Assembly: GCA_017536505.1 (NCBI GenBank)
Contig: JAFXHG010000027.1
Coordinates: forward strand, 89,286 to 153,285
DNA from: Bacilli bacterium
Lineage (GTDB): Bacteria > Bacillota_I > Bacilli_A > RF39 > UBA660
Direction: 5' to 3'
Length of the DNA: 64,000 nucleotides
Every line of letters begins with the position of its first letter. Positions within the stretch are counted from its first letter, which is position 1. Shown one piece after another: positions 28,184 through 38,370 of this stretch. Both the position numbers and the translations under genes were made by a program. The notes under the pieces are model-generated. The model was not told the DNA's origin. It saw only the letters and a program-made list of their open reading frames with translations, and ran no database searches.

Positions 28184-29761
28184 ATGGCATTGTTTTTAAT
28201 ATCTCTTATACCTTATTTAATATTTACAATATTTAAAACAAAAAAATCATTTCATATGCTACAACAAAATTTCTATGATGATGATAGAAGATACTTTAAA
28301 TGGATATTAACTAATATATCTAAAATTGCCTATGAAAGTGATATATTATTTGTACTTATTATGTGTACACTTTTCTTTGAAATAGGTGTTACTATAGGAG
28401 CTTTCATAATTCTATATGGAATTATATTTATAAATTATAGAAAGAAAAAAGTAATAGCTAAAAAACCTTTAGTTATAACTGCTAGAATAAAAAGATTATC
28501 ATTCACAATGTTCTTAATATATTTTATAATGATAATACCTTTTATAGTTAATTTTAGTTATGACAATTTAGTTTATTGCTATTTATTGTTAGGTTTAATA
28601 ACATACCTTAACTACTTTGTAGTAATGACAGCTAATGTTATAAATAAACCTATTGAAAAATGTGTTTATTTACACTATAAACATCAAGCTTTAAGAAAAT
28701 TAAAACTTATGAATATTCCTGTAGTAGGAATAACTGGTAGTTATGGTAAAACAAGTAGTAAAAATATAATAAATGATATATTAAATATTAAATTAAATTC
28801 GTTTGCTACTCCTAAAAGTTTTAATACACCATATGGACTTATTAACTCAATAAATAATTATTTAGATAAATTTAATGATATATTTATTGCAGAAATGGGT
28901 GCTTTTAGAATAGGTGAGATTAAACAAAACTGTAAAATAGTTAAACCTAAGTATGGAATAATAACTAGTATAGGAGAAGCTCATTTAGAATCTTTTGGTT
29001 CTAGAGAAAATATAATGAAAGGTAAATTTGAACTTATTGAAAGTTTACCTAAAGATGGACTTGCTATACTAAATGGTGATGATGAATATCAATTAAAATA
29101 TAAAATTAAAAATACTTGTAATGTTTTATGGATAGGAATAGATAATAAAGATGTAGATTTATATGCTACAAATATAAAATTATCAGGTAATGGAACAACA
29201 TTTGATTGTGTATTTAAAGGTGATAAAAAGAAATATACATTTAATACTAAGTTACTTGGTAAACATAATGTATATAATATACTTGCAGGAATTCTTTTAG
29301 GTAAGGAGTTAGGCCTTAGTATAGAAGAATTAAAAAGAGGAGTAAGTAGTGTTAAAACTATAGAACATCGTTTAGAATTAAAAAAATATGGAAATATTAA
29401 CATAATAGATGATGCTTATAATTCAAATCCTGTAGGTTCAAAAATGGCAGTTGAAGTTTTAGGGCTTATGGATGGATTAAAAATAATAGTAACTCCAGGT
29501 ATGATAGAGTTAGGACCTAAGCAATATGAATTAAATCATAAATTTGGAGAATATATAAGCAAGGTTTGTGATTACGTAATATTAATAGGAGAAAAACAAA
29601 CTAAACCTATATATGATGGATTAATTGATAATAAATTTGATAATAAAAAAATATTTGTACTTAATGATGTTAGAGATGCTTTTCCACTTATGAATAGACT
29701 CTCTGATAAAAACACGTATGTACTTTTAGAAAATGATTTACCAGACTTATTTAATGAATAG
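28184..29761 (+). CDS. MurF-like Mur ligase with N-terminal transmembrane domain
   Basis: About 170-aa hydrophobic N-terminus (4-5 TM); GITGSYGKT, SFNT, EMGA, EHRL, DDAYNSNP, PGMIELG, END. Confidence 0.85.
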   Translation: MALFLISLIPYLIFTIFKTKKSFHMLQQNFYDDDRRYFKWILTNISKIAYESDILFVLIMCTLFFEIGVTIGAFIILYGIIFINYRKKKVIAKKPLVITARIKRLSFTMFLIYFIMIIPFIVNFSYDNLVYCYLLLGLITYLNYFVVMTANVINKPIEKCVYLHYKHQALRKLKLMNIPVVGITGSYGKTSSKNIINDILNIKLNSFATPKSFNTPYGLINSINNYLDKFNDIFIAEMGAFRIGEIKQNCKIVKPKYGIITSIGEAHLESFGSRENIMKGKFELIESLPKDGLAILNGDDEYQLKYKIKNTCNVLWIGIDNKDVDLYATNIKLSGNGTTFDCVFKGDKKKYTFNTKLLGKHNVYNILAGILLGKELGLSIEELKRGVSSVKTIEHRLELKKYGNINIIDDAYNSNPVGSKMAVEVLGLMDGLKIIVTPGMIELGPKQYELNHKFGEYISKVCDYVILIGEKQTKPIYDGLIDNKFDNKKIFVLNDVRDAFPLMNRLSDKNTYVLLENDLPDLFNE

Positions 29762-29772
29762 GAGAGATATAT

Positions 29773-30957
29773 ATGAAGATAAAAGTTGGAGTAATATTTG
29801 GTGGAGAAACAGTTGAACATGAGGTAAGTGTTATTACAGCTGTTCAAGCTATGGAACACATAAACAAAGATAAATATGATATAGTACCGATCTATATAAG
29901 TAAAGAAAGAATTTGGTATACAAGCCCAATGCTTATGGATATAGATGTGTATAAAGATTTTGATGATTTAAAAAGATATGCTAAACAAGTTGTGTTAACT
30001 AAAATAGGCGATAAATATTTTTTACAAAATACAAAAGGTTTATTTAAAAGAAATATAACTGATATAGATATTGCTTTTCCAATAGTTCATGGAAATAATG
30101 TAGAAGATGGATCACTACAAGGATATTTAGATAGTGTAGGCATTCCATATGTTGGAAGTAAAGTACTTGGAAGTGCACTTGGACAAGATAAAGTAGTAAT
30201 GAAACAAGTATTTAAAGATATGGGATTACCAATAGTAGAATATGTATGGTTTTTTGATAGTGAATATGCAGATGATTGTGAAAAAATATTTGCTGATGTT
30301 AAAAAACTAGGTTATCCAGTTATTGTTAAGCCAGCAACTTTAGGTAGTAGTGTAGGTATAACATATGTTAAAGAAGAAAGTGAACTTGCTAATGCTATAG
30401 AAGAAGCTATGAAATATGATGTTAAAGTAGTAGTAGAAAAAGCAGTTAAAAACTTAGTAGAAGTTAACTGTAGTGTACTTGGAAACTATTCTCATCAAGA
30501 AGCAAGTGTTATAGAAGAAGTTACTAGTGATGAAGAATTCTTAACTTATGCAGATAAATATATTGGTGGATCTAAAGGTAAATTAAAAGGTCCTTCTAAA
30601 GGAATGGCAAGTGCTTCAAGAATTATTCCAGCAAGAATTAGTAAAGAAATGGAAAATAATATAAAAGAAACTTCTAAAAAAGCTTTTAAAGCATTAAATT
30701 TAGGTGGAGTATGTAGAATAGATTATCTTATAGATAAGAAAACTAAAAAATATTATATAAATGAACCAAACACAATTCCAGGGTCTTTAGCATTCTATTT
30801 ATGGGAAAAGACTGGTAAAAAATATGAAGATTTACTAGATGAAATGATTACTTTATGTATTAAAGATTATAAAAATAGAAGTAAAAAGGTTTATTCTTTT
30901 GAAAGTAATATTTTAAGTAATTATGGAGTTAAAGGTTTAAAAGGAATGAAAAAATAA
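29773..30957 (+). CDS. ddl: D-alanine--D-alanine ligase family (ATP-grasp)
   Basis: GGETVEHEVS, HGNNVEDG, KPATLGSSVGI, TYADKY, RIDY, NEPNTIPG. Confidence 0.9.
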   Translation: MKIKVGVIFGGETVEHEVSVITAVQAMEHINKDKYDIVPIYISKERIWYTSPMLMDIDVYKDFDDLKRYAKQVVLTKIGDKYFLQNTKGLFKRNITDIDIAFPIVHGNNVEDGSLQGYLDSVGIPYVGSKVLGSALGQDKVVMKQVFKDMGLPIVEYVWFFDSEYADDCEKIFADVKKLGYPVIVKPATLGSSVGITYVKEESELANAIEEAMKYDVKVVVEKAVKNLVEVNCSVLGNYSHQEASVIEEVTSDEEFLTYADKYIGGSKGKLKGPSKGMASASRIIPARISKEMENNIKETSKKAFKALNLGGVCRIDYLIDKKTKKYYINEPNTIPGSLAFYLWEKTGKKYEDLLDEMITLCIKDYKNRSKKVYSFESNILSNYGVKGLKGMKK

Positions 30958-31291
30958 AAAGGATTTGATTATCCTTTTTATTTTTATATTAATCACCTTA
31001 TTATTTAAATAATAAAAACATCTGAAAACAACAATAGTTGATTTCAGATAATCCAAACAAGGATTACATCTGATTCTTGCAGTCAAATTTATCCTCTTTT
31101 TTATTGTATGCAAGTTTCCTTGACATATTTAATACACCATAAATAATTTATAAAATCAATGTTTTGGTAAATTTAATAAATAAGTAGATGTATTTTTCAA
31201 ATTCGTTTGTAAAAATTCTTGATTTATTTTCTTCTATACTTTATAATGAATATAGAGTGTGTTTCACTCAAGTAGAAAGTGGAGGAATAGT

Positions 31292-32845
31292 ATGGAAAAT
31301 ATTATGAGCTCCATGTTGCTAGTCCTAGTAGGACTTATTGTTGGAATAATTATTATGTTTATAGCTAATCTTATCAGAAAAAATTCTGCGACTGATAAAG
31401 CTGATAAGATTTTAGAAAGTGCTCGTATAGAAGGCGAAAAAATAAAAAAAGATTATATCGCTGAAGCTAAGAACGAAGCTAATGAATTAAGAATAAAAAA
31501 TGACGAGGAAATAAGAGAAAAAAAGGCTGAAATGAAAGAGTCTGAAAATAGACTTAATACTCGTGAAGAAAATATTGAAAGAAGAGATCAAAATCTTCAA
31601 AAAAGAGAAAATTTATTAGATGAAAAGGAAAAAAATATATTAGATAAACAAAAAGATATTCAAGAACAAGAAGCAAATGTGGAGAAATTAAAAGAAGAAC
31701 AACTAAAACTTTTAGAAAGTATTAGTGGTTATTCCAAAGAAAAAGCTAGAGAATTAGTAATGAAAAAAGTAGAAGATGCAATGACTCTAGAAATAGCTGC
31801 ATACATCAAAGAAAAAGAAGCTGAAGCTAAGTTAGAAGTAGATAAAAAATCTAAAAATATGTTAGTTGAAAGTATGCAAAAGTATGCTAGTGATGTTGTA
31901 GAAGAACAAACAGTTACTGTTGTAAATTTACCTAGTGATGATATGAAAGGTCGTATTATTGGTAGAGAGGGTAGAAATATTCGTACAATAGAATCTGTAA
32001 CAGGAGTAGATTTAATTATAGATGATACTCCAGAAGCAATAGTTTTATCATCATTTGATCCATTAAGAAGAGAAATAGCTAGAATTACTATTGAAACTTT
32101 AATTAAAGATGGAAGAATACATCCAGCACGTATTGAAGAAATTTATGATAAAACTTGTAAAGATATGAAAGAAAAAATAATAGAATATGGACAAAATGCA
32201 TTGTTTGAACTTGGTATAACTAAAGTAGAACCAGAACTTATAGAATTAATTGGTAAACTACAATTTAGAACAAGTTATGGACAAAATGCACTTAGACATT
32301 CTATAGAAGTCGCACAACTTGCTGGAATTATGGCAGGAGAACTTGGTGAAAATGAAATGCTTGCTAAAAGAGCAGGGTTACTTCACGATATTGGTAAAGC
32401 TATTGACCATGAAATAGAAGGAAGCCATGTTGAAATAGGAGCAAACCTAGCTAAAAAATATAAAGAAAATGAAATTGTAATAAATGCAATTGAATCTCAT
32501 CACGGGGATAGTGAATCAAAATATGTTATTTCTGAACTTGTAGCTATCGCAGATACATTATCAGCAACTCGTCCTGGTGCTAGAAATGATTCATTAGAAA
32601 ATTATGTACAAAGATTACATGACTTAGAAAATATAGCTAATGATCAAAAAGGTGTTGATACAGCATTCGCTATGCAAGCAGGAAGAGAGTTAAGAGTAAT
32701 TGTTAAACCTGAAGAAATAAATGACTTAGAAAGTCATAAAGTAGCTCGTGATATTAAAAATAGAATTGAAGAAGAGTTACAATATCCAGGAACAATTAAA
32801 GTTACTGTAATAAGAGAAACAAGAGCAATAGAAGAAGCTAAATAG
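31292..32845 (+). CDS. rny: Ribonuclease Y
   Basis: N-terminal TM, coiled coil, KH domain ([11 protein letters not shown]), HD domain (LLHDIGK); TTGATT-17-TATAAT promoter at 31219-31247. Confidence 0.97.
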   Translation: MENIMSSMLLVLVGLIVGIIIMFIANLIRKNSATDKADKILESARIEGEKIKKDYIAEAKNEANELRIKNDEEIREKKAEMKESENRLNTREENIERRDQNLQKRENLLDEKEKNILDKQKDIQEQEANVEKLKEEQLKLLESISGYSKEKARELVMKKVEDAMTLEIAAYIKEKEAEAKLEVDKKSKNMLVESMQKYASDVVEEQTVTVVNLPSDDMKGRIIGREGRNIRTIESVTGVDLIIDDTPEAIVLSSFDPLRREIARITIETLIKDGRIHPARIEEIYDKTCKDMKEKIIEYGQNALFELGITKVEPELIELIGKLQFRTSYGQNALRHSIEVAQLAGIMAGELGENEMLAKRAGLLHDIGKAIDHEIEGSHVEIGANLAKKYKENEIVINAIESHHGDSESKYVISELVAIADTLSATRPGARNDSLENYVQRLHDLENIANDQKGVDTAFAMQAGRELRVIVKPEEINDLESHKVARDIKNRIEEELQYPGTIKVTVIRETRAIEEAK

Positions 32846-32869
32846 CTTCTTTTATATTAGGGGGGAAGT

Positions 32870-33487
32870 ATGAAAGATTATATAAAAGATACTTTAAAAT
32901 ATTATGATAACAATATTGAATCTTATAAAGATTTATGGTTAAATGATTTTTCTAAAAATTATAATTTCGAAATACCTGATATATTTTTAAGTTATTTAAG
33001 CAATAATTCACATATACTAGATTTAGGTTGTGGAACAGGTAGAGATAGTAAATATTTTATTGATAAAGGTTATGAAGTTACAAGTATTGATGGATCAATT
33101 GAAATGTGTAAAGTTGCAGAAAATTTATTAAATAGGAAAGTAGATCAAATTAATTTTTTAGATATGAATTATAATAATGAGTTTGATGGAGTATTTGCCT
33201 GTGCTTCTTTGCTGCACTTATCTAATGAAGATTTAATACTAGTATTAAAAAAAATATCAAATGCATTAAAATCAAATGGAATATTATATACTTGTTTTAA
33301 ATATGGAGAAAGTACTAGAATAGATAATGGTAGATTTTATAATGATATGAACGAAGAAAAGTTTTTAGAATTAATAAAAAATATAGAAAATCTTAAAATT
33401 ATAAAAACTTGGATAACAGAACAATATAAAAGTGATACAAAATTCTTAAATTATATAATAAAAAACAATAAAAACATTGATTTTTAA
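32870..33487 (+). CDS. Class I SAM-dependent methyltransferase
   Basis: ILDLGCGTGRD, FACASLLH. Confidence 0.9.
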   Translation: MKDYIKDTLKYYDNNIESYKDLWLNDFSKNYNFEIPDIFLSYLSNNSHILDLGCGTGRDSKYFIDKGYEVTSIDGSIEMCKVAENLLNRKVDQINFLDMNYNNEFDGVFACASLLHLSNEDLILVLKKISNALKSNGILYTCFKYGESTRIDNGRFYNDMNEEKFLELIKNIENLKIIKTWITEQYKSDTKFLNYIIKNNKNIDF

Positions 33488-33512
33488 TAATAAATGTGTT
33501 ATTATTAATAAC

Positions 33513-33550
33513 GTGATCCGCTGATTGTATAGATTAATGTTCATGATCAT
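33513..33550 (+). ncRNA. Probable L19 leader (autoregulatory hairpin)
   Basis: TGATC-CGCTG...GATCA stem directly upstream of rplS; resembles the Firmicute L19 leader from memory. Confidence 0.55.
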
Positions 33551-33575
33551 AGATTAGATAAAGGAGAGTGACATT

Positions 33576-33929
33576 GTGAATTTAGTTGAAAAAATTACTA
33601 AAAAACAAATCAGAACTGATTTACCAGAATTCAGAGTTGGAGATACAGTTAGAGTTGATATTAAAATCGATGAAACTGATGCTTCAGGTAAAAAGAAATC
33701 AAGAATTCAAGCTTTCGAAGGTTTAGTTATGGCAATTCAAGGTTCTGGAATAAGTAAAACTTTTACAGTTAGAAAAGTTTCTGGAAATGTTGGAGTTGAA
33801 AAAACTTTACCAGTTAATTCACCAAGAATTGATATGATAACTGTAGTTAGAAAAGGTAAAGTAAGACAAGCTAAATTAGGTTATATTAGAAAGTCTTCTA
33901 AAACACCAAAGATTAAAGAAAGAGTATAA
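33576..33929 (+). CDS. rplS: 50S ribosomal protein L19
   Basis: FRVGDTVRV, RIQAFEG, TFTVRK, GVEK, VRQAKLGY. Confidence 0.98.
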   Translation: MNLVEKITKKQIRTDLPEFRVGDTVRVDIKIDETDASGKKKSRIQAFEGLVMAIQGSGISKTFTVRKVSGNVGVEKTLPVNSPRIDMITVVRKGKVRQAKLGYIRKSSKTPKIKERV

Positions 33930-33967
33930 GAATAGGGCTTTTAGCCTTATTTTTGTTAGGTGATAAA

Positions 33968-34498
33968 ATGAATAAAGAAAAAATAAAAAATATAATAAAA
34001 GAATTATATCCTTATGTAGTAATAGTCGTAGTAGTAGTTCTTTTTAGAACCTTTATAGCAACCCCAGTAAGAGTTGATGGTTCCTCTATGGATTCTACAT
34101 TAAAACATGGAGATATATTAATATTAAATAAATTAGATAAAAATTATGAAAGATTTGATGTGGTTGTTGTTAATATAACTATGGATGGAGAAACTTCTAA
34201 ATTAGTAAAAAGAATAATAGGATTACCTGGAGAATCTATTGAATATAAAGAAAATGACTTATATATAAATGGTAAAGTTATAGAAGATGTTTCTACTGAA
34301 AGAACAAACGATTTTTCATTAAAAGAATTATATAACATAGATAACATTCCTAAGAATTATTATTTTGTAATGGGTGATAATAGAAGTGATTCAAGAGATA
34401 GTAGGGATTATACAGTAGGTCTTATAAAAAAAGAAGATATAGTTGGAACGACTACAATAAGATTATTTCCTTTTAATAAAATAGGAAAATTTAACTAG
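33968..34498 (+). CDS. lepB: Signal peptidase I
   Basis: GSSMD (Ser), VKRIIG (Lys), GDNR.DSRDSR. Confidence 0.95.
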   Translation: MNKEKIKNIIKELYPYVVIVVVVVLFRTFIATPVRVDGSSMDSTLKHGDILILNKLDKNYERFDVVVVNITMDGETSKLVKRIIGLPGESIEYKENDLYINGKVIEDVSTERTNDFSLKELYNIDNIPKNYYFVMGDNRSDSRDSRDYTVGLIKKEDIVGTTTIRLFPFNKIGKFN

Positions 34499-34551
34499 TA
34501 CTAGCAATAGTACTTTTTATTATTTTATGATATAATTTATGTGGTGGTTTT

Positions 34552-35964
34552 ATGAATGGAAATAGAGGGGCTAAGGGGTCTATAAAAGATAGACTTATTA
34601 GTATGTTATATAGATTAAGATATAAGAAAAAACAATTAAAAGAAGAAAACTATACTGTTACTAATAAACAAAAACAAGAAAAATACCTTTATAATTTAAA
34701 GAACTTTGAAGAAAAAGAAAATATAGATATATTAGAAGATAAAGATAAAAAAGAATTAGATAAAGTTAATTATAAAGTTAACTTTAAGGTTCAAAGAAAA
34801 AAAGGTATAGGTGAATCAAATGAAACAAATAGCATAGAAGATTTAACACTTAAATTAGATAGTATAGAATATAAAACTGACGAATTAGATGAAAAGGTTG
34901 ATTTAAAAAAAGAAATAAGAAAGACAAAAGATGAGATAACTATAGTAAAAGAAGTTGATTCTTTTATAAAGAAAAGTTTAGTTAATATAAATGAAATTCA
35001 AAATGAGATAACTATAATAAAAAAAGAATCAAAAGAAAAAAATAAAGATACTAAAAAGTTAGAAGAAAGATATAATATTTTAAAACAAAAAATAGATAAA
35101 TTAAAATTACAATATGAAACTATTAAAGATAAATATGATTTAAGTGAATTTTCTATTATACAAAGTATTAAATTAATTGATACAATAGATGATTATAAAA
35201 GTATAGCTAAATTAAATGAAATGGAAATGATGGTTAAAGTTTGTAAAAAAGAAATAAGTGAGTTAGACAGTATAACTGTAATAGTAGAAGAAAGTAAAAA
35301 AATAGGTACTGATATAGATAATACAAAACAAGACCACAATATTATAAAAATAAAATTTAACAAGTCAAAACAAAAAATGAATGAAATAAATTCCTTAGAA
35401 GAGGAACTCGCTTATGAAATAAAGTATCAACAAGAGATAGTAGATGATATGTATGAAAAAGCTTCATATTTTGAAAAACAAATAAGTAAAAAAATAGAAG
35501 TTGTAGGACATAGAAATATATTAGGTTCTATGTTAAGAATAGCTGGTGGAATACTTACTTTACCTCTATCAGGAAGACAATTATTTGGTATAGCTTTAGG
35601 TTCTACTTTAATTAATAGAGGTTTAAGAGAAATGAATAGGGAGTTAGAAACTAAAGAAAAAATAGTTGTAGATTATAAATATGAAGATATATCAAATCAA
35701 ATAGAACAAGTTAAAGATAAAATAGAATATATTAATTTAGTTTTATCTGATTCATTAAATGAAATAAAAAAATTAAAGAATAATTTTAAAAATGAATATA
35801 GTAAATATAACAATATATTACCTGAGTATAATTCAACTTTAGAAAAGTTAACTAGCTTAGAAAATAAATTATTAATACAACAAACTAAATTATTAAATAT
35901 GGATAAAAAACTAGATCAAGAAAAAGAAATAAATAAACAAAAATTAAAAAGAATTGGTGAATAG
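34552..35964 (+). CDS. Hypothetical coiled-coil protein with Gly-rich hydrophobic hairpin
   Basis: Long ORF with SD; heptad-rich; ILGSMLRIAGGILTLPLSGRQLFGIALGSTLI segment. Confidence 0.7.
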   Translation: MNGNRGAKGSIKDRLISMLYRLRYKKKQLKEENYTVTNKQKQEKYLYNLKNFEEKENIDILEDKDKKELDKVNYKVNFKVQRKKGIGESNETNSIEDLTLKLDSIEYKTDELDEKVDLKKEIRKTKDEITIVKEVDSFIKKSLVNINEIQNEITIIKKESKEKNKDTKKLEERYNILKQKIDKLKLQYETIKDKYDLSEFSIIQSIKLIDTIDDYKSIAKLNEMEMMVKVCKKEISELDSITVIVEESKKIGTDIDNTKQDHNIIKIKFNKSKQKMNEINSLEEELAYEIKYQQEIVDDMYEKASYFEKQISKKIEVVGHRNILGSMLRIAGGILTLPLSGRQLFGIALGSTLINRGLREMNRELETKEKIVVDYKYEDISNQIEQVKDKIEYINLVLSDSLNEIKKLKNNFKNEYSKYNNILPEYNSTLEKLTSLENKLLIQQTKLLNMDKKLDQEKEINKQKLKRIGE

Positions 35965-35990
35965 AAAATAAAAGAATGGAAGTATGAATT

Positions 35991-36629
35991 ATGAATAAAG
36001 AATATAAAAATTATATAAACAAAAATCACACATTTGACAAAAAAACAATGTTTGGAATATTTTGTTTGGTAACTGTAATAGCCGGTATTTTTGGATTCGT
36101 TTATGAATTTATATTTTATTATTTTAATAGTGGAATGCAAACATTTTATTGGAGAGGTGGAAATTTTTTACCATGGATAAATATATATGCTATAGGATCA
36201 ATTATGATATATTTTTTAACCTATAAACATAGAAAAAATCCTTGGAAAGTTTTTCTAATTGCTTTAATAACTTGTGGAATACTAGAATATATTGCAGGAC
36301 TAGGAATGTATATTATAGGTGATGGTTTTAGATGCTGGGACTATAATACAGAAATACTAAGTTTTGGAAACATTCATGGTTTTGTTTGTTTAAGAAGTGT
36401 ATTATTTTTTGGATTATCAGGATTACTATTAATGTATGTAATTATACCTTTTTGCTTTTATTTAGCAAAAAAAATAAATAAGAAATTATTTTTAACGTTA
36501 GGTATTATTTTATGTTCTATAATATTATTAGATGAAATTTATAATTTATTAATAGCTAGAATATTTTCTTTACCTAGAGCTTCTGATATATATTCAAGCA
36601 TAGGATTTAATTATATGAAATTTAAATAG
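35991..36629 (+). CDS. Putative ABC-transporter permease-like membrane protein (CmpB/DUF1113-like)
   Basis: GFVYE, GNFLPWINIYAIG, LEYIAG, WDY, GFVCL. Confidence 0.8.
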   Translation: MNKEYKNYINKNHTFDKKTMFGIFCLVTVIAGIFGFVYEFIFYYFNSGMQTFYWRGGNFLPWINIYAIGSIMIYFLTYKHRKNPWKVFLIALITCGILEYIAGLGMYIIGDGFRCWDYNTEILSFGNIHGFVCLRSVLFFGLSGLLLMYVIIPFCFYLAKKINKKLFLTLGIILCSIILLDEIYNLLIARIFSLPRASDIYSSIGFNYMKFK

Positions 36630-36643
36630 TTAGCAGGTGTAAA

Positions 36644-37084
36644 ATGATAAAAATATGTTTTGTTTGTTTAGGAAATATTTGTAGATCTCCAATGGCAGAA
36701 TTTGTGTTAAAAGATAAAGTAAAAAAATTGAATTTAGAAAATAAATTTTTAATAGTATCACGAGCTACCTCATATGAAGAAGCTGGAAATTCTATGCATA
36801 GAGGTACAAAAGAAATGTTAAATAAAAAGAACATTCCACATACAGAACATATCGCAACAAGATTAGAAATAGATGATTATAACAAATATGATTATTTTAT
36901 TTGTATGGATGAATCAAATATAATAAACACTTTAAGAATATTTAAAACTGATCCTTATAACAAAATAATAAAATTAAATAAAGAAGATGTTAAAGATCCT
37001 TGGTATACAGGTAATTTTATAGAAACATACGAAGATATAGATGAAGGAACAGATAAGTTATTAGAAAATTTAAAAGTTAAGTAA
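36644..37084 (+). CDS. Low-molecular-weight protein-tyrosine phosphatase
   Basis: CLGNICRS P-loop, DPWY. Confidence 0.95.
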   Translation: MIKICFVCLGNICRSPMAEFVLKDKVKKLNLENKFLIVSRATSYEEAGNSMHRGTKEMLNKKNIPHTEHIATRLEIDDYNKYDYFICMDESNIINTLRIFKTDPYNKIIKLNKEDVKDPWYTGNFIETYEDIDEGTDKLLENLKVK

Positions 37085-37097
37085 TAAAATATAAGAG

Positions 37098-37676
37098 GTG
37101 AATAATATGGAGATTAATTTTTTGATAAATATTTTATTACAAGATAAACCTAGTGAATATATTAAAAAAAATGAACATCAAATATTTAAAATTATCCCTG
37201 AATTATCTATGTGCAAAAATTTTAATCAAAATAATGTTTGGCATATTTATGATGTATATGAACATATTCTTCATGTTGTAGACGGAGTTCCTAACAATAT
37301 TGTTATAAGGCTAGCAGCCTTATTTCATGATATAGGTAAACCATTTGTATATAAAGAAGATGAAAATGGAGTAGGGCATTTCTTTGGACATTGGGATAAA
37401 TCTAATGAAATTTTTTGTAAATTTGCTGAAAGATATAAATTAGATGAAACCACAAAATATAAAATTTTTAATTTAATTTTATATCATGATTTAAATATAG
37501 ATAAATTATCTGATAAAAAATTAGAAGAATTAATAAAAAAGTTTAATAAAGATGATATAATTATGTTGTTTCAATTGAAGAAAAGTGATCTTTTAGCGCA
37601 AAATCAAGAATTTCATTATTTGTTAAATAATATAGAAAAACAAAAAGAAAAGGTATTAAATTATAAGAAGGTGTAA
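37098..37676 (+). CDS. Stand-alone HD-domain protein (CCA-enzyme C-terminal type)
   Basis: WHIYDVYEH, AALFHDIGKP, GHFFGH, YHD, SD. Confidence 0.8.
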   Translation: MNNMEINFLINILLQDKPSEYIKKNEHQIFKIIPELSMCKNFNQNNVWHIYDVYEHILHVVDGVPNNIVIRLAALFHDIGKPFVYKEDENGVGHFFGHWDKSNEIFCKFAERYKLDETTKYKIFNLILYHDLNIDKLSDKKLEELIKKFNKDDIIMLFQLKKSDLLAQNQEFHYLLNNIEKQKEKVLNYKKV

Positions 37677-37678
37677 TC

Positions 37679-38182
37679 ATGAAAAAAATAATTGTAATAG
37701 GTTGTCCAGGTAGTGGGAAAAGTACATTTTCTCGTGAATTAAAAAAATTTTATAATATACCACTTTATCATTTAGATTTAATATGGAATAAACCAGATAA
37801 AACAACAATTACTAGAGAAGAATTTGATAATGAACTATCTAAAATATTTAATGAAGAAGAATGGATAATAGATGGTAATTATCAAAGAACATTAGAAAGG
37901 CGTATAAAAGAAGCTAATACAATATTTTTATTAGATTATCCATTAGAAGTTTGTATTAATGGAGCAACTAATAGAGTAGGCACAAAAAGAGAAGATATGC
38001 CTTGGGTAGAAGATGAATTAAATAAAGAATTTAAACAAAAAATATTAGATTTTTCTAAAGATAAATTACCTAAAATATACGAATTATTAAATACATATAA
38101 AGAAAATAAAAATATAATTATTTTTAAATCAAGAGAAGATGCTGATAAGTATTTAGATGGTTTGATTTTAAATGCAAAATAA
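37679..38182 (+). CDS. Adenylate-kinase-like P-loop protein (FlaR/topology modulation family)
   Basis: IGCPGSGKST, LDLIW, WIIDGNY. Confidence 0.88.
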   Translation: MKKIIVIGCPGSGKSTFSRELKKFYNIPLYHLDLIWNKPDKTTITREEFDNELSKIFNEEEWIIDGNYQRTLERRIKEANTIFLLDYPLEVCINGATNRVGTKREDMPWVEDELNKEFKQKILDFSKDKLPKIYELLNTYKENKNIIIFKSREDADKYLDGLILNAK

Positions 38183-38370
38183 TTTAATAATAAACATAAG
38201 TAATATTTTTGGGGAAAATAATCAAATGTAATCAATATTATATTCGAATAAAGATGGAAAAAGTAATTATATGATAAGAAATTTTTGAATTTAAATTATA
38301 TTTTATAGAGTAGATGAAAAACCTACTCTTTTATGATATAATATTGATGTTAAAAAAGGAGTTGATCCAA

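Noticed and set aside
29773-30957. Vancomycin-resistance D-Ala-D-Lac ligase (with vanZ elsewhere in the window)
   Set aside because: The omega loop keeps Tyr (DKY); no vanH/vanX/vanRS linkage; the VanZ-family gene is about 29 kb away and such genes are common
38183-38370. Spacer before rbgA containing a MEKVII* micro-ORF and an AGAGTAG/CTACTCT hairpin
   Set aside because: Too short and weak to distinguish from chance or a decayed gene fragment
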